Below are positions 38,206-50,873 of a stretch of 64,000 nt of DNA, piece after piece. The notes below the pieces were generated by a model, which saw nothing but the letters and a program-made list of their open reading frames with translations, was not told the origin of the DNA and ran no database searches. Origin of the DNA: Octopus sinensis (lineage: Eukaryota); NCBI RefSeq assembly GCF_006345805.1, contig NC_043018.1, positions 24,924,001 to 24,988,000 on the forward strand. Direction: 5' to 3'. Numbering within the stretch: position 1 is the stretch's first letter; each line of letters starts with the position of its first letter. The position numbers and the translations under genes are program-made.

Positions 38206-39366
38206 CACACACACACACTCACATACACACAGACTCATACACTCACAGACTCACACATGCACTCACATACACACACACACTCACAAACATATGCACACAC
38301 ACACCACACTTAGGACACACAACCCTCATACACACTAGTCTCTCTCTCTCTCTCTAAACACACACATACTATTCTCTCTACCCCTTCCACATCAAACTCC
38401 ATCTCTCACTCTCTCTCCCTCTCTCTCTCTCTCTCTTGTACACAGAATGAAGATTGTCAATGATGGTGGTGGTGGTGGTGGAGGTGATGGTGCTTGTGAT
38501 GGTGGTGCCAGATGAAATGTGCTGATGTGACACTGACCAAAACTATTGTCAAACTACCAAAGGCATTAAACCCATGGACCATTCCATATATTTTAGACAC
38601 AGTCTACCCTGGATTACATTAGCCAATGTGCAAGGTTTCAGTGAGAATAGGCTGCTGTTTCTAGCATGTCATGCAACGATGCCAAGGCTCCCTCTGACAT
38701 GATTGATTTTGATGATAATGGTGGTGGCAGTGGTGGTGGTGGTGGTGGTGGTGGTGATACTGGTAGCAGTGGAGGTGGTAGTGTTGATGGAGATGTTGAT
38801 AATCGTAGGATGAGGGGGTGGGGACTGGGGTGGGGTGTAGCAGTGATGATGATGGTGATGATGATGGTGATGACTGCAGGTGTAGGAATGTTAGTGATGT
38901 TGATGCTGGTAATGGTGGTGGTAGTGGTGGTGATGATGATGATGATGATAATGGTGATGGTGGTAGTGGTAGGAGGGGTACATTGTTCTAATGCACTCAG
39001 TAACCTCTACATCAATGATTTCTCTTCTCTGCAGAGCAGACAGAGAAGAGTTAGCAATTATGCTATGGCTCCTTCAGTGTGTGTGTGTGTATGTGTGTGT
39101 GTGTGTGGATGATGATGTTTTTATGATGTGTGTGTGGAGGGGAGAGGTTCTGTATTAGAATGCAACGAGTGCGGGTTGGGGGATACACAAAGGTGATCAG
39201 AGGGTACCTATTTTTGAAATTAGGCTAACTTTGTGAAGTACAACACTAGCACCACCGCCGCCACCACCACTACTGCTGCCACCACCACCACCATGCCTGT
39301 CTCCTCACTTCCACAAAGCACTTCTTCAGACCACCATGCCCCCACCTACAGATTGAATTAGAGAGG

Positions 39367-39408
<42 letters not shown>

Positions 39409-39520
39409 TAAGAGAGAAAGAGAAAGACAGGGAGAAGAAGAGTAAATGGAGCAAACAAGGATGGGGAGGGAGAGAGACTGAATGGCATCTTCTACTACTA
39501 CTACTACTACCCCAACAATA

Positions 39521-39579
<59 letters not shown>

Positions 39580-39962
39580 AAAAAATATATATAAAAATAC
39601 AAAATGGGACAAGAACGCAAAACACTCAAATAGCCGGCACAAAAAACGGACGGGTCATTCGAAGCCTCTAATCTTCAGTCAAGAACCGGATCATCCTCGC
39701 AATTTCGGCTGATTAATATATATATATATAATATAGAGTGCAGTCACCATATTTCATTCTATAATGGCTACCTCTGATGTGCACAGGGTTACACAATCAG
39801 ACTGTTACCTAACACTCTGTTGAACTACTGGTGTGAAACCGATTGAAAAGATCAGCTGTAATGTATATTTAATATTATACACTTTGATTAATATAATTAA
39901 TAAATATATATATGAGAAAATGAGATGACAAAGGAATAAATGATTATCTTATGACCTTCCTT

Positions 39963-40043
39963 AGCTTACAGCTGTTTCTGCTATAAGATGCAGTGGACTC
40001 ATAGTTGAGTGCCTGAGTAACACCTTATAGCTTCATCAGAGCC
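39963..40043 (-). ncRNA. Hammerhead ribozyme motif with extended stem II
   Basis: ggcu-CUGAUGA-a-GCUAUAAGG ug...ca UCUUAUAGC-a-GAAAC-AGCU-GUA-agcu. Stem III is the palindrome ACAGCUGU. Confidence 0.72.
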
Positions 40044-41384
40044 TTGGACTGAAGCATATGCATTTTGAGTACTACACCAGGTTATTAGTCTTGCAATGCC
40101 TAAGTGAAACATGCACAAGTATATATTATTAGTTGCTACATATGTATCACCATTGCAGTTGTATAGAATTCAGTATTGTATGTTCCAAGTGCAGTTGGAT
40201 GCTTAACCACAATGGATCATCAGGGGAGCACTTTATCACACTTTGTTGCAGAGATCTGGTACCTTAATTTTACCCCATGCATGATCTGTGTATCGTATCT
40301 AGTAACACTGCTAAGTACAGAGGTCAACTAACCTCTGTACTAAAAGCTTATTGGATAACGATAAGCTATGTGGAGCTCCGACTCATACAGTAGAAGCCGC
40401 ACATCTGACTATACACACACAATGTTTGTGCATGTGTGTGTGTGTGTGTGTGCGCGTGTGAACTGTGTGGTGTGGTTTACAACAACATAGAAACCATGCC
40501 AAATCAGACTGGAACCAGATGCAGCTTACCAGTTCTAGTCAAACTGTCCAACCCATGCCAGCATGAAAAGTGGACATTAAATGGTAATGGTGATGTTGAT
40601 GAGTATAACACTTGACCAGCTAAGAGATTAAAGATATTATTTTATTGTTTATATAGGCATAGGAGTGGCTGTGTGGTAAATAGCTTGCTTACGAACCACA
40701 TGGTTCTGGGTTCAGTCTCACTGAACCAAAACAGACTATGGAACCTGGTGTGAACCCTGGCTTTGCCAGTTCCTGTCAAGCTGTCCAACCCATGCCAGCA
40801 TGGAAAGCAGACATTAAATGTTGATGATGACAATGATGATGATGATTTATATTAGAATCTTAGCCAATAATTCATAATTAGTCTCATGGGCTAACATCTT
40901 GTCACAAACATCAAACCAAAGTGAGATACCTTGAACATTAGTAAACCACTATATTTACTCATTTACTCACATATAAGTTGCAACCCCTAATTTAGCTGCT
41001 CTCCTGCAAGAAATCCATTCTGCTCTGGCTCCTTCTTTTGTAACCCCACATCTCCTAGCATAGAGCAAATCCCCTGCTTTATGATTCATAATTTGCAAGC
41101 TGCTTGGCAACTTCATTTATGCAACTGCCATGTAAAAACCACCCAGAACACTCTGTGGAGTTGTTCATGTTAGGAAGGGCAACCAGCTGTAGAACCCAAA
41201 ACAAAACAGACTATGGAACCTGCTGTGGTTCCTGACCTTGCCAGTTCCATCCAACCCATGCCAACACAAAAAGCGGATGTTGTTGTTGATGATGATGATG
41301 ATGGTTGATAGTGATAAAGTTTTGTATCATTCTGTTTTTTTCTAAAGACTTCTTTACATAATTAATAATTTTTGGTTGATCTTT

Positions 41385-41770
41385 TTATCTTTTACTTGTT
41401 TCAGGCATTAGACTGTGGCCATGTTGGAGCACCACCTTCAAGAGTTTTTAGCTGAATGTATGGACCCCAGGTCTTATCTCTTAAAGGTCTGGTACTTATT
41501 CTATTAATCTCTTTTGCTGAACCACTAAGTTATGAGGATGTAAGCACATCAGCATCGGCTGTCAAGCGATGTTGGGGGGTCAAACACAGACACACACACA
41601 CATATATATACAATGGGCTTCTTTCAGTTTCTGTCTGCCAAATCCACTCACAAGCCTTTCTTTGGTCATCCTGAGGCTATAGTTAGAAAACACTTGCCCA
41701 AGGTGCCACACAGTGGGACTGAACCCGAGAACCATGTGGTTGGTAAGCAAGCTACTTACCACACAGACAC
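41385..41770 (-). mobile_element. SINE family B
   Basis: Same consensus. Confidence 0.8.
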
Positions 41771-42094
41771 ATCTGTGACAATGAGCTTCTTTCAGTTTCC
41801 ATCTCCCAAATCCTCTCACAAAATTTTCGTCAGCCCAAAGCTACAATAGAAGACTCTTGGATGGACTGTTGAAAGGGGAAGGTGGGAAAGGGAATGGATA
41901 GACTGATGTATGAGCAGATTTGGAGGATGGAGGTAGGGGTCATTTGGTTTATCAATTGATGGACACAGACAGAAAGATAGATATATATAGTGAGATAGCA
42001 AGAAAAGGATATAGATAAATAGACAGAAATTTTGTTTTTGCATTTGGCTTGCAAGATTCTTGATGTGATCTGATAATATATATATATATATATA

Positions 42095-42230
42095 CTTTAT
42101 TCAAGCAGCAGAAAATTCAACAAAACCTGTTACTCTGAGTTTCCCGCTGCCGTTCATCGGACAGTTATGAACGGCAACGGGAAACTCAGAGTAACAGGTT
42201 TTGTTGAATTTTCTGCTGCTTTGAATAAAG
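42095..42230. repeat. Fold-back, 63/64-bp arms with a 9-nt loop
   Basis: ctttattcaagc...gccgttcat / atgaacggc...gctttgaataaag, with one mismatch and one indel. Confidence 0.95.
42127..42164 (-). ncRNA. Minimal hammerhead motif (same family as 15513; core U4C)
   Basis: CUGU-CCGAUGA-acg gcag cgg-GAAA-CUC A GAG-UA-ACAG. Confidence 0.6.
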
Positions 42231-42299
42231 CATATTACTCTACCACTGGTATTTGAGTACTGTTTTTTCCATCTTGTTTCACATTTATGTGTTTACTCC

Positions 42300-42379
<80 letters not shown>

Positions 42380-42398
42380 CATTGATAGACAGATAAAT

Positions 42399-42429
<31 letters not shown>

Positions 42430-43182
42430 AATACACTGATAGATAAATAGATAGATAGATAGATAGAAAGAGAGAGAGAGAGTGGGAGGGAAATAGCTTA
42501 AGTGGCAGACAGACATAGATTGACAGACTGACAGATAACTAGATAGATAGATAGAAGTAGATATGGAGACAAACAGATAGTCAAGCTATAAAGATAGATA
42601 TAACATGGCTATATAAACAAAATGTAATTAATCTGAAGTAAATATATATATATATAGGGGGAGACAACCATAAACTTCCTGTCTGGTCAACCGGTGCAAA
42701 GGAAGATAGTCCACCCCCTCCTTTCTCTCTCTCCTTCTCTTCTTTTGAAACCCCACCTTCACCTGGGGGCAACCACCCAGCCATAGACTACGCTCCCTTC
42801 ATCTTTCATGTCAAGGACAACAAACAAACGATAGGGGTGGAAATGGGGGACGACGGGGTGGAGGTGAGGTGGAATTTAAGGGAAGCGGGGTGGGGTGGGT
42901 AGAGGAAGAAGAGGTGGTGAGTGAGGTGAGGTGAGGTGGGAGATTCAGCTGGTTTTAATGACTATTAAGGATCTCCACCCTTAATATAGTCATACAGCCA
43001 CTATCACAACCACTACTATTACTACTACAGAAACTACTACCATCACCACCACAACCATTTATACAGAAACTACCACTTCTACCACCACCACCACTACTAC
43101 TACTACTACCACCACAACCACCACATCATCATCACTACTGCAACACCACCAATACATTTCACAACCACTACTATTATAACCA

Positions 43183-43481
43183 TGGAGGCGCAATGGCCCA
43201 GTGGTTAGGGTAGCAGATTCGTGGTCGTAGGATCGCGGTTTCGATTCCCAGACTGGGCGTTGTGAGTGTTTATTGAGCGAAAACACCTAAAAGCTCCACG
43301 ACGCTCTGGCAGGGGGTGGTGATCCCTGCTGTACTCTTTCACCACTCTTTCTCCCACTCTTTCTTCTGTTGGCCTGCTCACTTAGCCAGCGGGGTGGCAT
43401 CATTCAAAGGCTAAAACAATGCGAACGCATTGTGACCAGTGATGTGTAACTACATCTGATGGACTGGTCGGTCACGTGATC
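43183..43481 (+). mobile_element. tRNA-head SINE family C, full length, 13-bp TSD
   Basis: A box tggcccagtgg and B box gtttcgattcc. actattataacca is duplicated at 43170-43182 and 43482-43494. Confidence 0.9.
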
Positions 43482-44107
43482 ACTATTATAACCACCGGCA
43501 CCACCACTACTGCCACAACCACATCCACCACACTGCCTTAACCATCATTGCCACCATCATGATAAACATCACTACTATCACAACCGCATCATCATCACTA
43601 CTGCAACACCAACAGCACATTTTACAACCACCAGCACTAACACTACCACCACATCACCATCACTATCACCATCATCCCTACGATGGTCACTACCACTGCC
43701 ATAAATATCAGAGGTAGCAATACCACCAACACTGTGCACACACACCACTGTCATCACACCACCAACACCACCACTACATCACTAGCACCATACCACACCA
43801 CTGCTACTACATCACTAGTCGGCACTAAAGTATGTCACCAAATATATAACACTTACATTACATGTCCTGTCGTCTGGCTGACCGTTGGGGCACCACTAAT
43901 GACACTGTGACCAATTATGTAATATTTACAAATCACAGGTACAGGTGAGGCTGTGTGGTAAGAAGCTTGCTTCTCAGCTACGTGGTTCCAGGTTCAGTCC
44001 CACTGTGTAACACCTTGGGCAAATGTATCTACTACAGCCTCGGGCTGACCAATGTCTTGTGAGTGGATTTTGTAGACGGAAACTGAAAGAAGTCCTTTAT
44101 ATGTATG

Positions 44108-44155
<48 letters not shown>

Positions 44156-45027
44156 CACAGAAGTGGGTGCATGATAACAAGCTTGCTTTCTAACGACATG
44201 GTTCCTGGTTCAGTCCAACTGCGTGGCACCGTTGGGCAAGTGTCTTCTACTATAGCTTTGGGCTAACCAAAGCCTTGTGAGTGGATTTGGAAGACAGAAA
44301 TTGAAAGAAGCCCATTATGTATGTATGTATGTATGTAAGCATGCATGTTTTTTTACAGAGGGTTGGAGATGAAGAACATTGCTTGTACAACGGTGATGCC
44401 CAATTTTACAACCATCATATGATGTCAACACACACACACACATATATATGACAGGCTTCTTTCAGTTTCTGTCTACCAAATCCATTCACAAGGCTTTGGC
44501 CAGCCTGGGGCTATAGGTGGTGTACAGTGGGATTGAACTTGAGGCCACATGGTTGGGGAAACAAGCTTCTTAACCACACAGTCACCTCTGCACTTAATGA
44601 TTTTGCCAATCAACTGGAACGATACAGATTCTGACTCCAATTGTTGAACCCCAGAAGAATCATGTGCAAAGAGAGCAACTCAGACTCTGTTGGATTTCAA
44701 CTTCAGAAAAGGATGTAAGAAGATATAAACACCACAAGGTATTTTGTTGTACACCCGGGTGTCACACAAATGGCACGTAAAAGCACTCATTACACTCTTG
44801 GAGTGGTTGGCATGAGGAAGGGCTTCCAGCCGTAGAAAACCATACCAAATCAAACTGGGACCTGGTGCACCTTTCTAGCATGCCAACCCAGTCAAACCAT
44901 CCAATCCATGCCAGCATGGATGATGGTTGTTAAACGATGATGACTCTAATAATACCAAAAATCCTTCCTGAAACAATATGAGCCCAGAAAATATTTCTAG
45001 TGACAAGGATGTAAAAATGTGACTTAC

Positions 45028-45101
45028 CAGCAATAGTGTAATCCATGTCAAACCCGAGATATTTCACTTTCTGCATCAGGAGGCCCCGGTTCACAAAGAT
45101 C
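45028..45101 (-). CDS. NT5C2: Cytosolic purine 5'-nucleotidase (cN-II), 74-nt exon with HAD motif I
   Basis: ctatttcag|G ATC TTT GTG AAC...ACT ATT GCT G|gtaagtc gives (R)[24 protein letters not shown], which matches the cN-II signature [25 protein letters not shown]. Splice sites are canonical. Confidence 0.95.
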
Positions 45102-45392
45102 CTGAAATAGAAACCAAATATTTCTGTAATCACATGTTACTAACCCCACTTCTAAAGGGGTAAGCCAGCAGAATCTTTAGCTTGCTGGACCAAATGCTTA
45201 GCGGCATCTCATCCAACTTTACATTCTGTGCTCAAATTCCGCCAAGGTTGACTTAGTCTTTAATCTTTTCAGGGTCAATGAAATAAGTACCACTGTTGAT
45301 GTAAAAGGAGGACGTAAATACCACAAGGCACATTATTCTGATGCTGCCGTTATTTCTGGCTCTGTGCCTCTGAGCTAAAATTTGAAACCATT

Positions 45393-45424
<32 letters not shown>

Positions 45425-45819
45425 ATTATTATCATCAAATATTATTATTAATATTACACTTATTATTATCGAATATTATTATTATACTTATTATTATCGA
45501 ATATCTCCATGCCAGTGATGTTACCCAGGAGAAAGACAAAGAACAATACAACTTGGCACCAGTGACATTGCAGCTCATTTCTGGAGCAACATGAAATAAA
45601 GTGTCTTGCTCAAGAATGAAACACACAGCCCGGTCTTGGAATCGAACTCACTACCTCATGATTGAGAGCCCAACACTGTAACAACTAAGTCATGCACCTT
45701 TATTAACTTCACCTATATGTGGAGACACAAGACCTAGCAGTTAGTGCGTTGAGCTCATGATGCCAAGTTTAATGGGTTCCATTCTTGGGCAGGGCAGCAC
45801 ATTGTATCCTGATAATAAT

Positions 45820-46440
45820 TGCTTCTAGAAATAAGCACAAGGCCAGCAATTCTGAGGGAAGGGATAGGCAAGTTGATTGTATCAACCCTGGTACTTCACT
45901 GGTACTTTAATTTGTCAACCCCAAAAGTGACCTGGGCAGAATTAGAACTCAGAATGAGCCTGAAGAAATACTGTATGACTTTGTCTGACTCTCTAACGAG
46001 TTTGCCAATCTCACAAAACTAATAATCTCTTCTACTATAGGCACAAGGCCTGAAATTTGGGGGGAGAGTGCTGGTCATTTACATCGACCCCAGTGCATAA
46101 CTGGTACATATTTAATTGACCCTGAAAGGATGAAAGGCAAAGTTGATCTCAGCAGAATTTGAACTCGGAACATAGCAGCGGACAAAATACCGCTAAACAT
46201 TTCATCCGGTGTGCTAATGATTCTGCCAGCTCGCTGCCATTCTCAAGACTAATAATGAAAACCGGTTCCAAATTTAAATCGACCCCAACGTTCAACAGGT
46301 ACTGATTTTAACGACCTTGAAAGGATGAAAGGTAAAGTCTACCTTGGCAGAATTTTGAACTCAGAATGTGAAGATGGATGAAATGCCGCTAAGCATTTTG
46401 CCTGGGGTGCTAACAATTCTGTCAGCTTGCTGCCATGTGA
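45820..46440 (-). mobile_element. Cluster of three SINE family A copies
   Basis: Repeated family A body; an additional degenerate copy lies at about 46520-46630. Confidence 0.75.
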
Positions 46441-46790
46441 TAAAAGAACTCTCAAGACTTCCTGTTGTTCAGAGATCTTCTGAACAACAGAAAGTCTTCA
46501 GAGAACAAAGTTTCTTACATTAAGATATCAATCCCATAAAGATGAAAGATGAAGTTGACCTCAGTAGGTTTTGAACTCAGAACATAAAGAGCCAGAAGAA
46601 ATACCACAAGGCCTCTAACCATTCAGCCAGAGTCCTAATACCGATAATAATAATAATAACAACCATGCAACAGCTATCTTTGCAATCTTAACACCAGAAG
46701 GAAGGATGTTTATTCATTGAGTTTAATTTCCGTGGAGATCCAAAATGTGATGATCAACTTCTCTTGAGGGCCTTCTCTACCACCACAAAC

Positions 46791-46829
<39 letters not shown>

Positions 46830-48145
46830 AGTGAAAGAGGGAGAGAGAGAGATGAGGTTTTGTAAATGTGTACGTGCGTGCGTGGGTAGGCCTCACCTTG
46901 ACAGAAGCTTTACATATACATCAGAGAGCTGTAGGCAGCTGAAAAGCTGTAAACAGGATGTTAGTTTCTAGTACTAAGATCCTTTACTACCTCTGGTGAT
47001 CCCCACCACTGACTGACTCACCACACCCCTAAAACTGTTTCTGTGTTACTCTCTCCTGCATTTCAATAAATAACTGCGGAGACAGCTTCTACATCAATTG
47101 CTCAAACTGCTAGAAATAGTAACCGAATCTACCTCAAATCACACTATTGTTTTAAATAAGGTAAAACTACATAATATAATATAGCCCTGATATATACGTG
47201 TATTCCTAAAAAAAAAAAAAGAAAAAACAGATGGAATGGTCATGGCTGGACTATCTTTGGCATGAGTTTGATATGGGTTTCATTTGATATGAGGCTTCAT
47301 AACTACAGCAGTAACAGTTATGAACCTCATTGCTTTCTTTTAATTTTGGTTATTTCAGCATGGTACAGGAATGGTTGTGTGGTTAGGATCCTTACGTTGT
47401 CACCATGTCGTTCCAGGTTCAGTCCCACTGCATGGCACCTTGGGCAAATGTCTTCTGCAATAAACCTCAGGACTGACCGATGCATTATCAAAGAATTTGG
47501 TAAATGAAAACTGAGAAGCCCACCATACATACACACGTGTGTATGCAAGTGTGTGCGTGTTTATTTTTTATTTTTTACCAGTTTCAGACATTAGAGTGTG
47601 GTCATGCTGGAGCAGTGCATTGAAGAAATTTCAAACAACATGACCCCAGTACTAATTTTATTTTAAAGCCTGGTACTTATTCTATCGGTTACTTTTACCA
47701 AACCACTAAGTTACAGGGATGTAAATACACCAACGCTAGTTCCCAAGTGGTGGTAGGGGAGAAACACATACACAAAGACACACATATAAATATACGATGG
47801 GCTTCTTTCAGTTTCTGCCTATCAAATCCACTCATAAGGCTTTGGTTAGCTTGAGGCTATAGCAGAATAAAAATGTAAGTTACTGTTTTAGATCCTGCTG
47901 TTAATGGTGCAAATAAGTTAATATCAATTGGCAGATATCAGCACTGATCAGAAAACAGTTTCTTTGTTGAAATTATAAACAAAGCCAGCATTTTGAAAGA
48001 CATTTCTATAAAACTAGTTTTTAAAAATTGAATGAGATTGGAGGTCTATAGATAAAAAAATGATTGAGAACCCCTGCTTTAGATGTATGTATTGGTATGT
48101 ATCGCAAGAAACAGCTAGGTTTCTTTCTCTAACATTTTACACAGT

Positions 48146-48367
48146 TTAACCCTTTAGTGTTCTGATTATTCAATCAAACATAATGCTTATTGATTCCAAT
48201 TGATTTGAATTAATCATGCATTATCTCATATCTTCAAGATCTTGATGGTGTAATTACTTAATGTAGAATAACAGTGTTGGGTAGATGTGAGAGCCTGGAT
48301 CTGGTCAGTTTGAACATAAAACAGACTAGCTATTTTGGCCGGATATGGCCGGTTTAAATACTAAAGG
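48146..48367. mobile_element. piggyBac-type MITE, second family (right end truncated)
   Basis: ttaa-ccctttagtg...aaatactaaagg. The expected gttaa is replaced by an A-rich stretch. Confidence 0.7.
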
Positions 48368-48730
48368 AAAACAAACCAAATAACAACAAAACAAGCAAAA
48401 TAAACAATATGGAAAACAAAATAGGAATTTTGAAAGAAGTTTCTAGAAAACTAGTTCTTAAACATGAAATAGCTGTGTGTATGGTGGGGAGCACCAGAAT
48501 AAGATACTAATCAAAGTGGTCCATAGATAAAGAAATGGCTGAGAACTCCTGGTCTATATTAATACTCTCAGCTTGCTAGTTACAAGAGCTGTTCATTGCT
48601 AGGGTTGACTCGTTCCATTCCCCCAAATCAAAATATGCCTGTATATTACATGTGACAAGCCAGAATTATATTTCTTGTTTTTTATGGCTCGCTATGGAGA
48701 ATGTCCTAAAAGGCACATACATAATGCATA

Positions 48731-48761
<31 letters not shown>

Positions 48762-48890
48762 AACGCACACACAGACATACATGCAAACATACATATATAT
48801 ATATATATATATATTCAATCCACTTCTGTAGTTTAGTCTAAAATTTGAGATATATGATGATGTTCAGACACACATACAGACACACACACA

Positions 48891-48940
<50 letters not shown>

Positions 48941-49786
48941 ATATCATCATACAGAAAACACACCCAGGCATCAATTAGTAGAAATAACGAAGATTAATCA
49001 CTGAAAGGTGAGTAAATCATGTAAATATCTTTTTACGCTAAATATCAACAACAAAATACATAAACAAGAAAAATCAACCAACAACAACAAAAAACAACGA
49101 AAGTAAAACGAAAACCAGCAAAATAAAGAAAAATAAAAAAAATAACCAAGGAAAACAAACCAAATAACAACAAAACAAGCAAAATAAGCAAAAACAAAAA
49201 CTGACAAAATAAATGAAAACAAAAATAATTGAAAACCAACAAAATAACAAAAAAAAAAAACAACAAAATGACAGAAACAAACATGAATTATATTTTGAAA
49301 GAAATTAAATCTTTTTAAGTAATTTCTGTTAACGTTAATCAGCTTTATTTTTTATTTGTTTTTTAAATACTAATAACTTTGGAAGTGAGGTGGGTACATT
49401 TAATACGTCAGAAAATTAGCATATTTACATGGGAGCGAGACAACTTGTTGTTTAGCCCTGGGTCAACCTGATCCAGCAGACCTATAAATCAAAAGCATTC
49501 CAGCCTTTTCTTTTTTTTTTTAAGGCATAGTGTACAGGAGTGGCTGTGTGGTAAGTAGCTTGCTTACCAATCACATGGTTCCAGGTTCAGTCCCAGTGTG
49601 GCACCTTGGGCAAGTGTCTTCTACAATAGCCTCGGGCTGACCAAAGCCTTGTGAGTGGATTTGGTAGATGGAAACTGAAAGAAGCCCGTCGTATTGAGCA
49701 TTGGAGTCGGTGGAATCAACAAGTCCCCCTACCCCAAAATTGCCGGCAAAATTTGAAACCATTATCATCATCATCATTATTATCAC

Positions 49787-49822
<36 letters not shown>

Positions 49823-50251
49823 GGCGGTGGGTTGGCAGAATTGTTAGCATGCCAGGTGAGATGCTTAGCGGTATTCTGAGTTCATATTCCGCCGAGGTCG
49901 ACTTTGCCTTTCATCCTTTCAGGGGCGATATATTAAGTACCAGTGAAACACTGGGGTTGATATAATCAACTAGTCCCCCTCCCCTCAAATTTCAGGCCTT
50001 GTGCCTTAATAGAAAGGATTATCTTATATCATTTATCTTTTACTTGTTTCAGTTATGAGCAGCACAATTTATTTTAACCTTAAAAATTGCTTGATTTTAA
50101 CCTTATTTTCATATTTGCTTAACCTTATTTTTTAACTTCATTGACAGATTTTAACCTCAATTTAATCTTATTATTTTTATTAATAAATCAATAAACAGTC
50201 TGCAGTGTAATTAGTTGCTGTGACTCAATACAAATTATTTTGAGAATTTTT

Positions 50252-50873
50252 TTGTAGCTAGTGTTAGGACTAAGGTTCAATGGAAGATTTTCATTCAAAA
50301 CTTATGAAAACAAGACATTTGTACTACAGAGCCAGAGCTGGTTTCGGCCAGGTTAATATCAAAAGGATTAAGAATTGTTTCTGTATTATATATTTTAACC
50401 CTTTTGTTACCATATTGCTGTTGAGATGCTCTGTGTTTCTTTCAATTAATTTTAAATATGACAAAGAATTTAGTAAAATTACTTAGTTATCATTAAGTTA
50501 GTGTTAGGAACATAAATTGTGACTAAGGTTTGGTGGAAGATTCTAATTTAGAACTTATGAAAACATGACATTTGTACTACAGAGATAGAGGCAGTTTCAG
50601 CCAGGTTGGTATCAAAAGGGTTAAGAATTGTTTCTATATTATATATTTTAACCCTTTTATTACCATATTGCTGTTGAGATGCTCTGTGTTTCTTTCAATT
50701 AATTTTAAATATATCAAAAAATTTAGTAAAATAACTTAGTTATCAATAAGTTAGTGTAAGGAACACAAATTGTGACTAAGGTTTGGTGGAAGATTCTAAT
50801 TCAGAACTTATGAAAACATGACATTTGTACTACAGAGCCGGAGGTGGTTTCAGCCGGGTTGGTATCAAAAAGG
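50252..50873. mobile_element. Tandem array (about 2.5 copies, 253-bp period) of the same piggyBac-type MITE family
   Basis: Units start ttaa-ccc at 50395 and 50648, with a 3' partial copy ending ttaa at 50371. The same 23-bp spacer gaattgtttct(g/a)tattatatatt separates the units. Confidence 0.9.

Larger units (their letters stand above)
1..45027 (-). other. NT5C2: Probable single NT5C2 intron of more than 45 kb (next exon not found in window)
   Basis: Donor G|gtaagt at 45027. By eye, no minus-strand segment encoding the expected next block (xYKSPEYE...RLxxxGYP...FPxR) was found in the non-repeat stretches. Confidence 0.55.

Noticed and set aside
39770-39870. Plus-strand CUGAUGU-gcac...gugu-GAAAC as a hammerhead
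   Set aside because: The core is mutated and no pairing stem I or cleavage triplet could be assigned.
43183-43260. tRNA gene (also other A/B-box hits)
   Set aside because: There is no complete cloverleaf, and it continues into SINE body sequence with a TSD; these are tRNA-derived SINE heads.
43857-43904. 48-nt segment with cag| and |gtaagt on the minus strand
   Set aside because: It has an in-frame TAA in the required phase and no cN-II similarity. It cannot be excluded as a poison exon, but nothing supports it.
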